Source: Candidatus Nomurabacteria bacterium (GTDB taxonomy: Bacteria; Patescibacteriota; Minisyncoccia; Phycocordibacterales; SBAW01). Taken from it: a DNA stretch of 64,000 bases. Under the pieces are notes generated by a model. That model ran no database searches. It was not told where the DNA came from and was given only the letters and a program-made list of their open reading frames with translations. Shown here one piece after another: positions 8,909-19,212 of this stretch (its first letter is position 1; each line of letters begins with the position of its first letter). The position numbers were made by a program, and so were the translations under genes. Location: the NCBI GenBank assembly GCA_943356415.1, contig CALREW010000001.1, positions 80,528 through 144,527 on the forward strand, read 5' to 3'.

Positions 8909-8952
8909 CAACCCCCGCCGTTTTATAATATTTCCTAAAAACGGCGGGGTTG
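8909..8952 (+). terminator. Hairpin terminator of the cargo operon
   Basis: CAACCCCCGCCGTTTT...AAAACGGCGGGGTTG, a 16-bp stem. Confidence 0.55.
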
Positions 8953-9104
8953 TTGTGCGCGCACTGGGCGGGCGGGGCAAGCACATATCAAACATGATTG
9001 CGCCCTAGCGCAAACCAAATTGTATTGCGCCTCGGTCGCCGTGAGGGCGGAGAAAAGAGCAAACAAAAATGCTATAATATAATTGCTCTTTTTGCAGACT
9101 GAAA

Positions 9105-9359
9105 CGGCGAAGCAAAACCAAAAATTTCCTTTCCATTTTTTGTCGGCTCCCCCCACACCCCCCGCCGAAAATCAGAAATTAAGGAAGGAAAATTTTTGGG
9201 TTTTGCACACGCGAGTCCGCGAGCGTGTCCGAGGCGCATTGGTTCGCATCACCACGCAATCCGAGCGTACGAGGCAGTTTCAAGCCATCACGCGCTCCGC
9301 GCGTGCGAAGTCAGGGGTTCTGCTCGAAATGAGTTCTAACTTTTTCAAACAAACACCAC
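9105..9359. repeat. Inverted repeat B' (reverse complement of 6423-6678), ending ...CAAACAAACACCAC
   Basis: Verified identity to the reverse complement of repeat B. Identity stops at the CCAC core. Confidence 0.9.
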
Positions 9360-9436
9360 AAACGACACAAAGATCCCGCCTGCGCGGGATTTTGTGCGAT
9401 TGTGGAAGGCGGAGAGTTTTACGCTATAGTTTTCTA

Positions 9437-9997
9437 ATGGAAGGCTCCACGCGAACAGAAGAAAAACCAATAATTTCAGTATCTCAGACGACCCCAGAGG
9501 ATATTGAAGGTCTTCAAAATGTTCATTTCCGCACGTGGCTCGCGACGTACCCAAACGCGGAGCATGGGGTAACAGAAGATGACATTAAGGCAAAGTTTGA
9601 GGAGTGGCACACGCCGGAGGACACTGCGCGCCGAAAGCAGACAGTAGCTGCTCCAAAGTCAGGTGAAATGCATCTAGTTGCAAAAGATGCCGGGAAGGTT
9701 GTTGGTTTTTGTCGAGCGAGACGAGGCGACCAAGAGAATGAACTTGTGGCACTTTACGTGCTACCTGAATACCAAGGGCAGGGAGTTGGTTCGGCACTTT
9801 GGTCGCGAGCCGCCGAGACGCTTGATTTAACCAAAGATACCGTTCTTTATGCCGCTGAATATAACAAGAATGCTATCGCGTTTTACGAGCACCTCGGGTT
9901 TAAGGATACGGGAGAGCGTACAACTGACGAGACGCTGCGTATGAAAAGTGGCTCCATAATTCCAGAAATAAAAATGGTTCTCAAAGGGACGCGTTAA
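9437..9997 (+). CDS. GNAT-family N-acetyltransferase
   Basis: VVGFCRARRG...LYVLPEYQGQGVGSALW...AFYEHLGFK, an acetyl-CoA-binding motif. The start is taken at MEGSTR (ATG at 9437), because the tracked ORF start at 9083 is read-through from repeat B'. Confidence 0.75.
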   Translation: MEGSTRTEEKPIISVSQTTPEDIEGLQNVHFRTWLATYPNAEHGVTEDDIKAKFEEWHTPEDTARRKQTVAAPKSGEMHLVAKDAGKVVGFCRARRGDQENELVALYVLPEYQGQGVGSALWSRAAETLDLTKDTVLYAAEYNKNAIAFYEHLGFKDTGERTTDETLRMKSGSIIPEIKMVLKGTR

Positions 9998-10034
9998 GAT
10001 TCCCCATCAGTGCTATACTTTCACGTATACATCT

Positions 10035-10346
10035 ATGTCACCAAACCTCATGTCATCATTTGCAGATGGAACTAACTCAGTAGCGGCCGCAATGGGTGCA
10101 CTTGGCATCTATCCAGCAGTAGACACACTTGCTGCGGCTCCGGCATTGAGCGCCCCAGTTATGGCTGCGCTGCTTTTGTGCGGCATTGTTTTGGTTGGGT
10201 TTTGGATTTGGATGATTGTTCACGCGATACGTCACGAAATAAAGGAACAAGCAGTTTGGATACTTATCCTCATGCTTACGAACTTCTGGGGCGCAATCGT
10301 TTATTACTTTGCGGTAAAAAGAAAAACGGATCGCCGAATTTCCTAA
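10035..10346 (+). CDS. Small membrane protein with a PLDc_N-type domain (cardiolipin-synthase N-terminal-like)
   Basis: FWIWMIVHAIRHEIKEQAVWILILMLTNFWGAIVYYFAVKRK matches the PLDc_N pattern. It lies directly upstream of atpB. Confidence 0.5.
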   Translation: MSPNLMSSFADGTNSVAAAMGALGIYPAVDTLAAAPALSAPVMAALLLCGIVLVGFWIWMIVHAIRHEIKEQAVWILILMLTNFWGAIVYYFAVKRKTDRRIS

Positions 10347-10391
10347 GGATACTCGCTAGAATTTTGAGAGGTTTCTTGGTACTCTTTTCAT

Positions 10392-11159
10392 ATGGAGGGC
10401 ATACATATCGCCCTGGCTTCTGAGCCAGTTTTTCATTTGTGGGGGCTACCTATCACCAATAGCCTGCTTTTGACGTGGGTGGTTATCGCTATTCTTCTGG
10501 TACTTGGTTTTATTGTTGGTCGCCGTCCAAAATTGGTGCCAGGTCGTCTTCAAGGCGCCTTCGAAAGCATTTTCGAGGTCTTGCTCGACTATATGGCTGA
10601 AACACTTGAGAGCCGCAAACTCGCCCTGCGTTACTTTCCGCTTATCGCTACCATTTTCCTCTTTATATTTACGGCAAACATGGTGACGTTTATCCCTGGC
10701 ATTGAAAGCGTGGGGGTAACCCACGATGGCCACTTCACAGCGCTTTTGCGACCCGTAAATACCGATCTTAACGTCACTTTGGCGCTCGCGATGATAGCTT
10801 TTTTGGTTATCGAATTATCTGGAATCTTCACTCTAGGATTGTTGAAATATGGCTCAAAATTCGTTACAGTTAGTTCGCCGATGAACGCTGCGGTGGGCCT
10901 CCTTGAGCTCATCGGGAACATCGCGCGGCTCATATCGTTCTCCTTCCGTCTTTTTGGGAACGTATTTGCAGGGCATGTGCTGATTGTGGTCATCATCTTC
11001 TTTTTGCCGCTCGTGGTGCCGGTGCCCCTCATGCTCTTTGAGGTGTTCGTTGGCTTCCTCCAAGCGGCGATATTTAGCCTCCTCACGTTGGTCTTCATAA
11101 AGCTCGCTATCGACGAGCCGCATGGGGCAAGTGAAGGGCAGGCGCATGGAGCGCACTGA
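10392..11159 (+). CDS. atpB: ATP synthase F0 subunit a
   Basis: Multi-TM protein with RLFGNVFAGHVL, which contains the conserved subunit-a Arg region. First gene of the atp operon. Confidence 0.85.
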   Translation: MEGIHIALASEPVFHLWGLPITNSLLLTWVVIAILLVLGFIVGRRPKLVPGRLQGAFESIFEVLLDYMAETLESRKLALRYFPLIATIFLFIFTANMVTFIPGIESVGVTHDGHFTALLRPVNTDLNVTLALAMIAFLVIELSGIFTLGLLKYGSKFVTVSSPMNAAVGLLELIGNIARLISFSFRLFGNVFAGHVLIVVIIFFLPLVVPVPLMLFEVFVGFLQAAIFSLLTLVFIKLAIDEPHGASEGQAHGAH

Positions 11160-11253
11160 GGGGTAGTCCCCAGCTCACAGAAGTCGAATATCGACATCTG
11201 AAAGCTGGGTGCTACTACAAGAGCGCCCGTTCGTAATTACAGGATTAGTGTAA

Positions 11254-11487
<234 letters not shown>

Positions 11488-11612
11488 TTTCGGCGAATTT
11501 CTTTGTCGGGCGGCACTTGCTGTCCCTCACCGCAGCTATAGTGCGGCTCAGGCCAGCAAGTTTGCCCTTCGCGAACTCCGCGCAAAATTAAGCGAACAGC
11601 TCAGACAGATAC

Positions 11613-12059
11613 ATGGAAATATTTCACGCATTTGGCATAGAGTGGCGCCTCCTGTTAATCCAGGTGGTCAACTTTGGTCTGCTTCTTATTGCCTTGTGGT
11701 ATTTCCTGTACGGGCCGCTGATGCGTCTTTTGGACGAACGTCGCGCAAAGATTGAAAAGGGAGTAACCGACGCTGACCGCGCCGCACATAATCTATCGAA
11801 AGCAGAAGAAGAACGCCGTTCAATTGTTGCAGCAGCAGCTAAAGAGGCTGATGCGATGGCTGAACGCGCGCGCAAAGATGCGGTGACTCGAGAGAAGCAA
11901 GCTGCAGCCGATGCGGATGCTAAGGCCGCGCGCATACTTGCGGCTGCTGAGACAGAAAGTGAAGAACTTCGCGCACGCGCTCTTGCAGGTGCCAAGGAAG
12001 AGATAGCGCGTCTTATTGTTTTGGGGGCAGAAAAAGCGCTATCTGGACAGCGTAAATAA
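11613..12059 (+). CDS. atpF: ATP synthase F0 subunit b
   Basis: N-terminal TM segment followed by a long Ala/Glu/Arg-rich coiled coil; fits the operon position. Confidence 0.8.
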   Translation: MEIFHAFGIEWRLLLIQVVNFGLLLIALWYFLYGPLMRLLDERRAKIEKGVTDADRAAHNLSKAEEERRSIVAAAAKEADAMAERARKDAVTREKQAAADADAKAARILAAAETESEELRARALAGAKEEIARLIVLGAEKALSGQRK

Positions 12060-12064
12060 TTGAT

Positions 12065-12460
12065 ATGCTTGCACGCCAATACGCAGATGCTCTCTACGCA
12101 CTCGCACAACAGCCAAAAGCTGACGCGAAGAAACTTGCTGAGGGTCTAAAGGAAACACTCGTGCGTCGCGGACACGCGGCACTTGCCCCGCGCATTGCGG
12201 CGGAGCTTTCGCGCGTTGAGCATCATGCAAAAAACCAAACCGTCATACGTGTGCGCATTGCCGACGCATCGGCAAAAAAAGAGGCAGTAGCAAAAGCAGA
12301 AGCACTTATTACTGCCGAGGGTGATGTGGCGCGTGACATCGAGGTCGTCGAGGACAAGTCCCTGATATCGGGGTTTGTTGTCGAGGGCCCCGGTTTCCGG
12401 TTTGATGCCTCAGCTCGTGCAGCACTTACCGATTTGTATCGAACGCTCACCACTAATTAA
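12065..12460 (+). CDS. atpH: ATP synthase F1 delta (OSCP), short form (131 aa)
   Basis: C-terminal ISGFVVEGPGFRFDASARAALTDL resembles the delta C-terminus; fits the operon position. Confidence 0.7.
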   Translation: MLARQYADALYALAQQPKADAKKLAEGLKETLVRRGHAALAPRIAAELSRVEHHAKNQTVIRVRIADASAKKEAVAKAEALITAEGDVARDIEVVEDKSLISGFVVEGPGFRFDASARAALTDLYRTLTTN

Positions 12461-12468
12461 TCATTGCC

Positions 12469-14037
12469 ATGGAACACACAATTGTAGAGAAACTAAAGAA
12501 AGAGATTGCCGGCTTCTCGCATGAGCCAAAGACTGAAGTTGCTGGCCGTGTGATTAAGGCTGCCGATGGCATCGCTGAAATCGAAGGTCTCTCGGGAGCC
12601 GTGATGTCGGAGATGGTGCGTTTTGAAGTTGGTTCTGGCAAAGAATTGAAGGATGCGCTTGGTCATGGGGATGTTTTTGGCGTCATCCTTAACCTCGAAG
12701 AGGATGTCGTGAAGGCAGTTATTCTCGGCGACGCGGAAATGATACGAGAGGGAATGGCTGTCGTGGGTACGGGCAAAGTCTTGTCGCTTGGAGTAGGCGA
12801 GAGTCTCCTCGGACGTGTCGTATCCGCACTCGGTGAGCCGCTTGATGGCAAAGGTGAGGTTAAGGCGTCTGCGCAGTACTCAATTGAACGTGAAGCGTAT
12901 GGCGTTATGGATCGTCAGTCGGTAAATCAACCGCTCCACACCGGTATTAAAGCTATCGACTCAATGATCCCGATAGGACGCGGTCAACGCGAGCTTATCA
13001 TCGGCGATCGCAATACCGGCAAAACAACCATCGGCATAGATACGATACTTAACCAACTGGCAGAACCTGAAGAAACGCGCCCCATTTGTATTTACGTAGC
13101 CATTGGTCAGAAGGAGTCTAAGACGGCGCGCCTGGTAGGCATGCTCGAGGAGAAAGGCGCGATGGCGTACACCATCGTGGTTAATGCAGGAGCAGCCGCG
13201 CCTGCAGCACTTCAGTACCTTGCTCCATTTGCAGGTGCAGCAATCGGTGAGTACTTCATGGATAAAGGTCGCGACGCGCTTATCATCTACGACGACCTCT
13301 CAAAGCACGCGGTTGCGTATCGTGAACTTTCGCTTTTGCTTCGTCGTCCGCCAGGTCGTGAAGCATATCCAGGTGACGTCTTCTACCTTCACTCCCGCCT
13401 CCTTGAGCGTGCCGCGAAGCTTTCTAAGGAAAAAGGAGGAGGCTCGCTTACGGCTCTTCCCATTATCGAGACGCAAGAAGGAGACATCTCGGCGTACATC
13501 CCAACCAACGTCATCTCTATTACTGACGGTCAGATATTCCTTGAGACCGATCTCTTCAATAAAGGCTCACGCCCAGCGGTGAACGTCGGTAACTCAGTGT
13601 CTCGCGTCGGTTCTGCAGCGCAGACGAAAGCGATGAAGAAAGTTGCCGGCAAAATAAAACTTGAGCTCGCACAATTCCGTGAGCTTGAAGCGTTTATGCA
13701 ATTCGCGCAGGATCTCGATGCCGACACCAAGCGTCGCATTGATCATGGGCAGCGCCTCACGGCTATTTTGCGCCAACGCAACGGACGCCCTATCTCATTC
13801 GAGAAACAAGCCGCGGTTATTTACGCTGCGGTAAACGGCTATCTGGCAAAGGTGTCACTTGAACGCGTAAGCGACTACGAAGAGAAGGTCGTTGCGTTTA
13901 TCGAACGCGAATCCCCGAAACTTCTCTCAACGATTAAGGAGACTCGCGAGATTTCAGAAGAGAGCGAAAAGGCATTGAAAGAAGGTCTTGCTAAGTTCGA
14001 AACCGCGCATCCTGAGCTATTTTCCACTAATGCCTAA
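12469..14037 (+). CDS. atpA: ATP synthase F1 alpha
   Basis: GDRNTGKTTI P-loop and overall alpha-subunit similarity over 522 aa. Confidence 0.95.
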   Translation: MEHTIVEKLKKEIAGFSHEPKTEVAGRVIKAADGIAEIEGLSGAVMSEMVRFEVGSGKELKDALGHGDVFGVILNLEEDVVKAVILGDAEMIREGMAVVGTGKVLSLGVGESLLGRVVSALGEPLDGKGEVKASAQYSIEREAYGVMDRQSVNQPLHTGIKAIDSMIPIGRGQRELIIGDRNTGKTTIGIDTILNQLAEPEETRPICIYVAIGQKESKTARLVGMLEEKGAMAYTIVVNAGAAAPAALQYLAPFAGAAIGEYFMDKGRDALIIYDDLSKHAVAYRELSLLLRRPPGREAYPGDVFYLHSRLLERAAKLSKEKGGGSLTALPIIETQEGDISAYIPTNVISITDGQIFLETDLFNKGSRPAVNVGNSVSRVGSAAQTKAMKKVAGKIKLELAQFRELEAFMQFAQDLDADTKRRIDHGQRLTAILRQRNGRPISFEKQAAVIYAAVNGYLAKVSLERVSDYEEKVVAFIERESPKLLSTIKETREISEESEKALKEGLAKFETAHPELFSTNA

Positions 14038-14062
14038 ACTTCTAGTGGCTCGTCGCTAACCT

Positions 14063-14980
14063 ATGGCTTCCCTTAAAACAATTAAAGGCAAGATTACCGC
14101 TACGGCAAAGACCCGTAAGGTAACAAAGGCTATGGAGGCAGTTTCTGCTGCAAAGATGCGTAAAGCGCAGGTGAAAGCTCTTACCGACCGTGCGTATGCG
14201 CGAGCTGCGGTAAGTGTCTTGTCACGTCTCAGTGGCTCAGCCACGCTTAAGCGCCATGCGTTTATGAATGAACGCGCGGTTAAAAGCGCTCTATACGTAG
14301 TTGTCACTAGCGATAAAGGCCTCGCGGGAGCTCTCAATTCGGGGGTTCTTAAGGCAGTTGTAAACGATATTGCGCTGCTTGGACTTACGCCTTCAAATGT
14401 ACACATTGTTGCGGTTGGCCGTCGTGCAAATGATTTCTTCTTTCGCCGCGGTTTTGTTATGGATGGATATTTTGAAAATGCAGATGGAAAGGTGGATGCT
14501 GACGCGATACGTCGCGTTGTGGAAGAGGGTCTTATTGAATATCGTTTGGAAAATGTTGATACGGTGCGCGTGGCGTATCAGAGTTTTATTTCGACATTCG
14601 AACAACGACCGACCGTTCGCACCATGCTGCCGTTCTCGCTTTCGCAGCTTAGCGCTATTGTGAGCGATATTGTGCCTGCGAAGGGTAAATTTTCTTCAGA
14701 AGAAAAGACGATTACCGCGCCGCACGACTATACGGTGGAGCCATCTGAAGAAGGCGTCATTGACGCGCTGGTGCCGAAACTCGCAGCGATATTTTTCTAT
14801 CACGCATTGCTTGAATCCCAGGCGTCTGAACACTCGGCCCGCATGGTGGCGATGAAGAACGCGTCAGACAAGGCAGGAGACAAGGTGCGCGATCTCACCC
14901 GTGTCTTTAACCGTGTCCGTCAGGCAAGCATCACGAGAGAGGTAAGTGAGATTATCGGCGGTATCGAAGCTATGGCATAA
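14063..14980 (+). CDS. atpG: ATP synthase F1 gamma
   Basis: N-terminus MASLKTIKGKITATAKTRKVTKAMEAVSAAKMRKAQ and C-terminus ...QASITREVSEIIGGIEAMA are typical of gamma. Confidence 0.9.
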   Translation: MASLKTIKGKITATAKTRKVTKAMEAVSAAKMRKAQVKALTDRAYARAAVSVLSRLSGSATLKRHAFMNERAVKSALYVVVTSDKGLAGALNSGVLKAVVNDIALLGLTPSNVHIVAVGRRANDFFFRRGFVMDGYFENADGKVDADAIRRVVEEGLIEYRLENVDTVRVAYQSFISTFEQRPTVRTMLPFSLSQLSAIVSDIVPAKGKFSSEEKTITAPHDYTVEPSEEGVIDALVPKLAAIFFYHALLESQASEHSARMVAMKNASDKAGDKVRDLTRVFNRVRQASITREVSEIIGGIEAMA

Positions 14981-14985
14981 CGCTT

Positions 14986-15362
14986 ATGACAAATCCACTC
15001 GAGAGAAGTCGCATACCTGCCTCACCTGATAGTCAATTGTTGAACGACGCACGTAGCCAGCTGCGCAGCTATGTTGCGCTTGTTGGACTCGTCGGTGTTG
15101 GCTCTGCAACAAGAGAAAAGATTCTCGGCATTATCGACGGCTTGGATCTTAGTGAGGGGATTGAGATCTTGCACGGTAAACATCCGCTCTATGAAGGAGA
15201 AAGTGTTCGTGAGCGTGCAGTTACTTTTGTTCGACAAAGTGTTCGAATCAAACTTTTACCGCTGGTAGCAGAACTGCCAGAAAACGAACAACCCCAGATT
15301 CAGGATTTCCTAAAATTTATGGGACAGGCCCAGTCTGCCACTCGGCCAAGTAATGCCAGAGA

Positions 15363-15366
<4 letters not shown>
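14986..15366 (+). CDS. Hypothetical protein (126 aa) inserted between atpG and atpD
   Basis: ORF only; no recognisable motif. It is tightly packed in the operon. Confidence 0.4.
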
Positions 15367-17059
<1,693 letters not shown>

Positions 17060-17060
17060 C

Positions 17061-17297
17061 ATGCACGTCTTTGTAGGCAAAGTAGGAGAAACACTCTTTG
17101 ATGGCGATGCCTATTCACTTACTGCACCTGGCAGCGCCGGCGAACTCACTGTTCTCGGCGGCCATATGCCTCTGGTGACTACACTTAAGGCGGGTACCGT
17201 ACGTCTCCATGTAACGAAAGATTCTGAAGCTCAAGAATTCGCGGCGCTCGACGGTGTTCTTGAGGTGACAGGAGACGGAGCGCGAGTTTTGCTGTAA
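17061..17297 (+). CDS. atpC: ATP synthase F1 epsilon, N-terminal beta-sandwich domain only (78 aa)
   Basis: LTAPGSAGELTVLGGHMPLVTTLKAGTVRL resembles the epsilon N-terminal domain. The C-terminal helical hairpin is absent. Confidence 0.7.
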   Translation: MHVFVGKVGETLFDGDAYSLTAPGSAGELTVLGGHMPLVTTLKAGTVRLHVTKDSEAQEFAALDGVLEVTGDGARVLL

Positions 17298-17320
17298 CAT
17301 AATTCGCGTTCGGATCTGTC

Positions 17321-17393
17321 AGGGCCGCTAGCTCACTTGGTAGAGCGCTTCCATGGCATGGAAGAGGTAACCGGTTCGATCCCGGTGCGGTCC
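17321..17393 (+). tRNA. tRNA-Ala (anticodon GGC)
   Basis: GGGCCGCTAGCTCACTTGGTAGAGCGCTTCCATGGCATGGAAG...GGTTCGATCCCGGTGCGGTCCA; G3:U70 is present. Confidence 0.85.
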
Positions 17394-17395
17394 AC

Positions 17396-17431
17396 AAAAA
17401 GCAAGACGCCCCTTCGGGGGCTTTTTGCTTT
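17396..17431. terminator. Bidirectional rho-independent terminator
   Basis: GCCCC-TTCG-GGGGC hairpin flanked by A-run and T-run (AAAAAGCAAGAC...TTTTTGCTTTC). It serves the atp/tRNA unit on the plus strand and the convergent amylase gene on the minus strand. Confidence 0.75.
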
Positions 17432-17546
17432 CTGTGACACGTAGCGAAACAACTGCTTGTTTCGCGGCCGAGGTGAGTGACGACGAGCTGAGAGCTGTGA
17501 CCCACAAATTTACTGGCCATGCAGATCAACCCCATTTTCGGCATGT

Positions 17547-19151
17547 CTACATGACGTTCCTCGCTTCCTTATTAGGACCCATCTCTTCAGGCACTTGATT
17601 TTTTGAGCACGCGCCGTCTTTACTTTTTTTCACTTGAAGCATGCGAAATCCATAGGGCGGAAGTTTAATAGTATAGACATCTTTTGTGATGGTAGGCGCC
17701 GGCTGCTTTGTGTAAAGATCATAAGGTATTTGACATAGCGAAAGACCAGACGCTTCTAATTGAACGGAAATATCTGTCTGAATTTTATTAAAATTATAAA
17801 TTAATAAGACAGTTTGTGATCCATCTTTACTCGTCCGCTGCATAGCATAGATTTTCGGGTCTGGGTTTGTCGGAACCCGAGTTCGGGAAGCGGAAGGAAG
17901 TAGTGCTTTGTTCGCATTAACAGTTCTTAGAACTTCATCCCAATTGTCGCGAATATCTTTAGGCCATTGTAAGTAGATGTCGTACTCCGGCGTGCCATAC
18001 AATATCCCGGCTCCAGCTAAGAGTGCGGCCTCTTGAACGCGCATGAGGGCTTCGCTCGGATATGGATCGGAACTAGCCCAAGCATGAGTCGTCTGTCCGT
18101 TACTGCGAGCGAAATCCGTTTTTTTAAATGCATCTTCTAAACTATCGGCATTGTCATCGTACAAAGTAATGCCAGTATAATCATTCATATTGTCGACGTC
18201 GGCAAAGTTGAACCAAGAGGTTAAACCAAATTTTAAATACGCATCTCCTTGATCACCTTGAGTGCTCTCAAATGTGATCCACTTGTCGTTAGGTGTATAG
18301 GTTTTTGCAAGATCTGCCATATGATATTTAAAAACTTCGCGCTCTTTTCCTTGGAAATTCATTGCGCTATGCCCATCGTCCCACATAAAACCATCCACGC
18401 CTGTGTCGAGCCAGTACTTGGTTAATTTTTCAATTTCTGCTCGTGCGCCAGGTTTATTAAAATCAAGTCCGGCTTCGCCCCACACGGACCAATAATAGGC
18501 TCCGGCCTCGGGGCTGTATTTCCATTGGGTCCGGTGTTCATAACCCTCGTCCGTTCGCGGAGTGTTTTTTGGAGGACCAACGGATGGCGACGGCAGGGGC
18601 GCTGTTGGATCTGTAGTCCATTGAAAAGTACTGACTTCGCGAGAAGTACGATCGCCTGTTTTGTACTGCAATGCAGCTATTTTGAAATAATCAGACTCTT
18701 TGTCAATAAATACATTTGAAAAATAAGTGACAACTTTCATATTTCTCTTATGAGCTTCCTCAACTAATTTTTTCCAGTCATCTATTGAGCCACTTTGTGG
18801 AGAGGTAGAGTAAAAATCAAGCGGATCGCAACCCAGCCATTTGTTTTTATCACCGTAATAAGGCGAATAAATTCCTACCACACGGAAACCACTGTCATTT
18901 AATTTGTCCAAGCTTTTTGTGATGTCGGCAAATGTATGATCATGTTGAGTGGTATAAATCCAAGCCACCCCATTTAAATCTTGAAAACTGTTTGGCTTTA
19001 CTTCGGCTTTTAGTGAAGCTGGGGAAGTAGAGTTTTGCGTAGCCGCTTTTTTCTGCGTGTAATAGGTCCCTACGGTAGCGAGTGCAGCTAAAAGACCGGC
19101 TGCCACAAAGAGACTGACAAACCCGAGCCCCTGTTTTTTATATAGGTGCAT
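17547..19151 (-). CDS. Glycoside hydrolase family 13 (alpha-amylase-like), N-terminally membrane-anchored
   Basis: GVDGFMWDDGHS matches GH13 region II (GFRxDxxxH). An N-terminal TM helix is present. The start is taken at MHLYKK (ATG at 19151). Confidence 0.65.
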   Translation of the reverse strand: MHLYKKQGLGFVSLFVAAGLLAALATVGTYYTQKKAATQNSTSPASLKAEVKPNSFQDLNGVAWIYTTQHDHTFADITKSLDKLNDSGFRVVGIYSPYYGDKNKWLGCDPLDFYSTSPQSGSIDDWKKLVEEAHKRNMKVVTYFSNVFIDKESDYFKIAALQYKTGDRTSREVSTFQWTTDPTAPLPSPSVGPPKNTPRTDEGYEHRTQWKYSPEAGAYYWSVWGEAGLDFNKPGARAEIEKLTKYWLDTGVDGFMWDDGHSAMNFQGKEREVFKYHMADLAKTYTPNDKWITFESTQGDQGDAYLKFGLTSWFNFADVDNMNDYTGITLYDDNADSLEDAFKKTDFARSNGQTTHAWASSDPYPSEALMRVQEAALLAGAGILYGTPEYDIYLQWPKDIRDNWDEVLRTVNANKALLPSASRTRVPTNPDPKIYAMQRTSKDGSQTVLLIYNFNKIQTDISVQLEASGLSLCQIPYDLYTKQPAPTITKDVYTIKLPPYGFRMLQVKKSKDGACSKNQVPEEMGPNKEARNVM

Positions 19152-19212
19152 AGGGTTAAATAGTTTATGCAATTGTAAGCGGCTCCTGGTTTTCCACAAA
19201 GTGAAAGCGGTG

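Larger units (their letters stand above)
4681..9359. mobile_element. tRNA-Ala-associated island: large serine recombinase module plus AT-rich cargo operon, delimited by nested inverted-repeat pairs A/A' and B/B'
   Basis: It starts inside the tRNA 3' end, encodes a serine recombinase, and its cargo is ~33% GC against ~50% in the flanks. Terminal and internal repeats meet at a CCACCA core. Confidence 0.6.

Noticed and set aside
10095-10145. The 'LGIYPAVD' AtpD-like peptide as evidence of an atpD pseudogene fragment
   Set aside because: There is no nucleotide-level identity to atpD and the match is only ~11 aa. I kept it as a low-interest note, not a pseudogene call.
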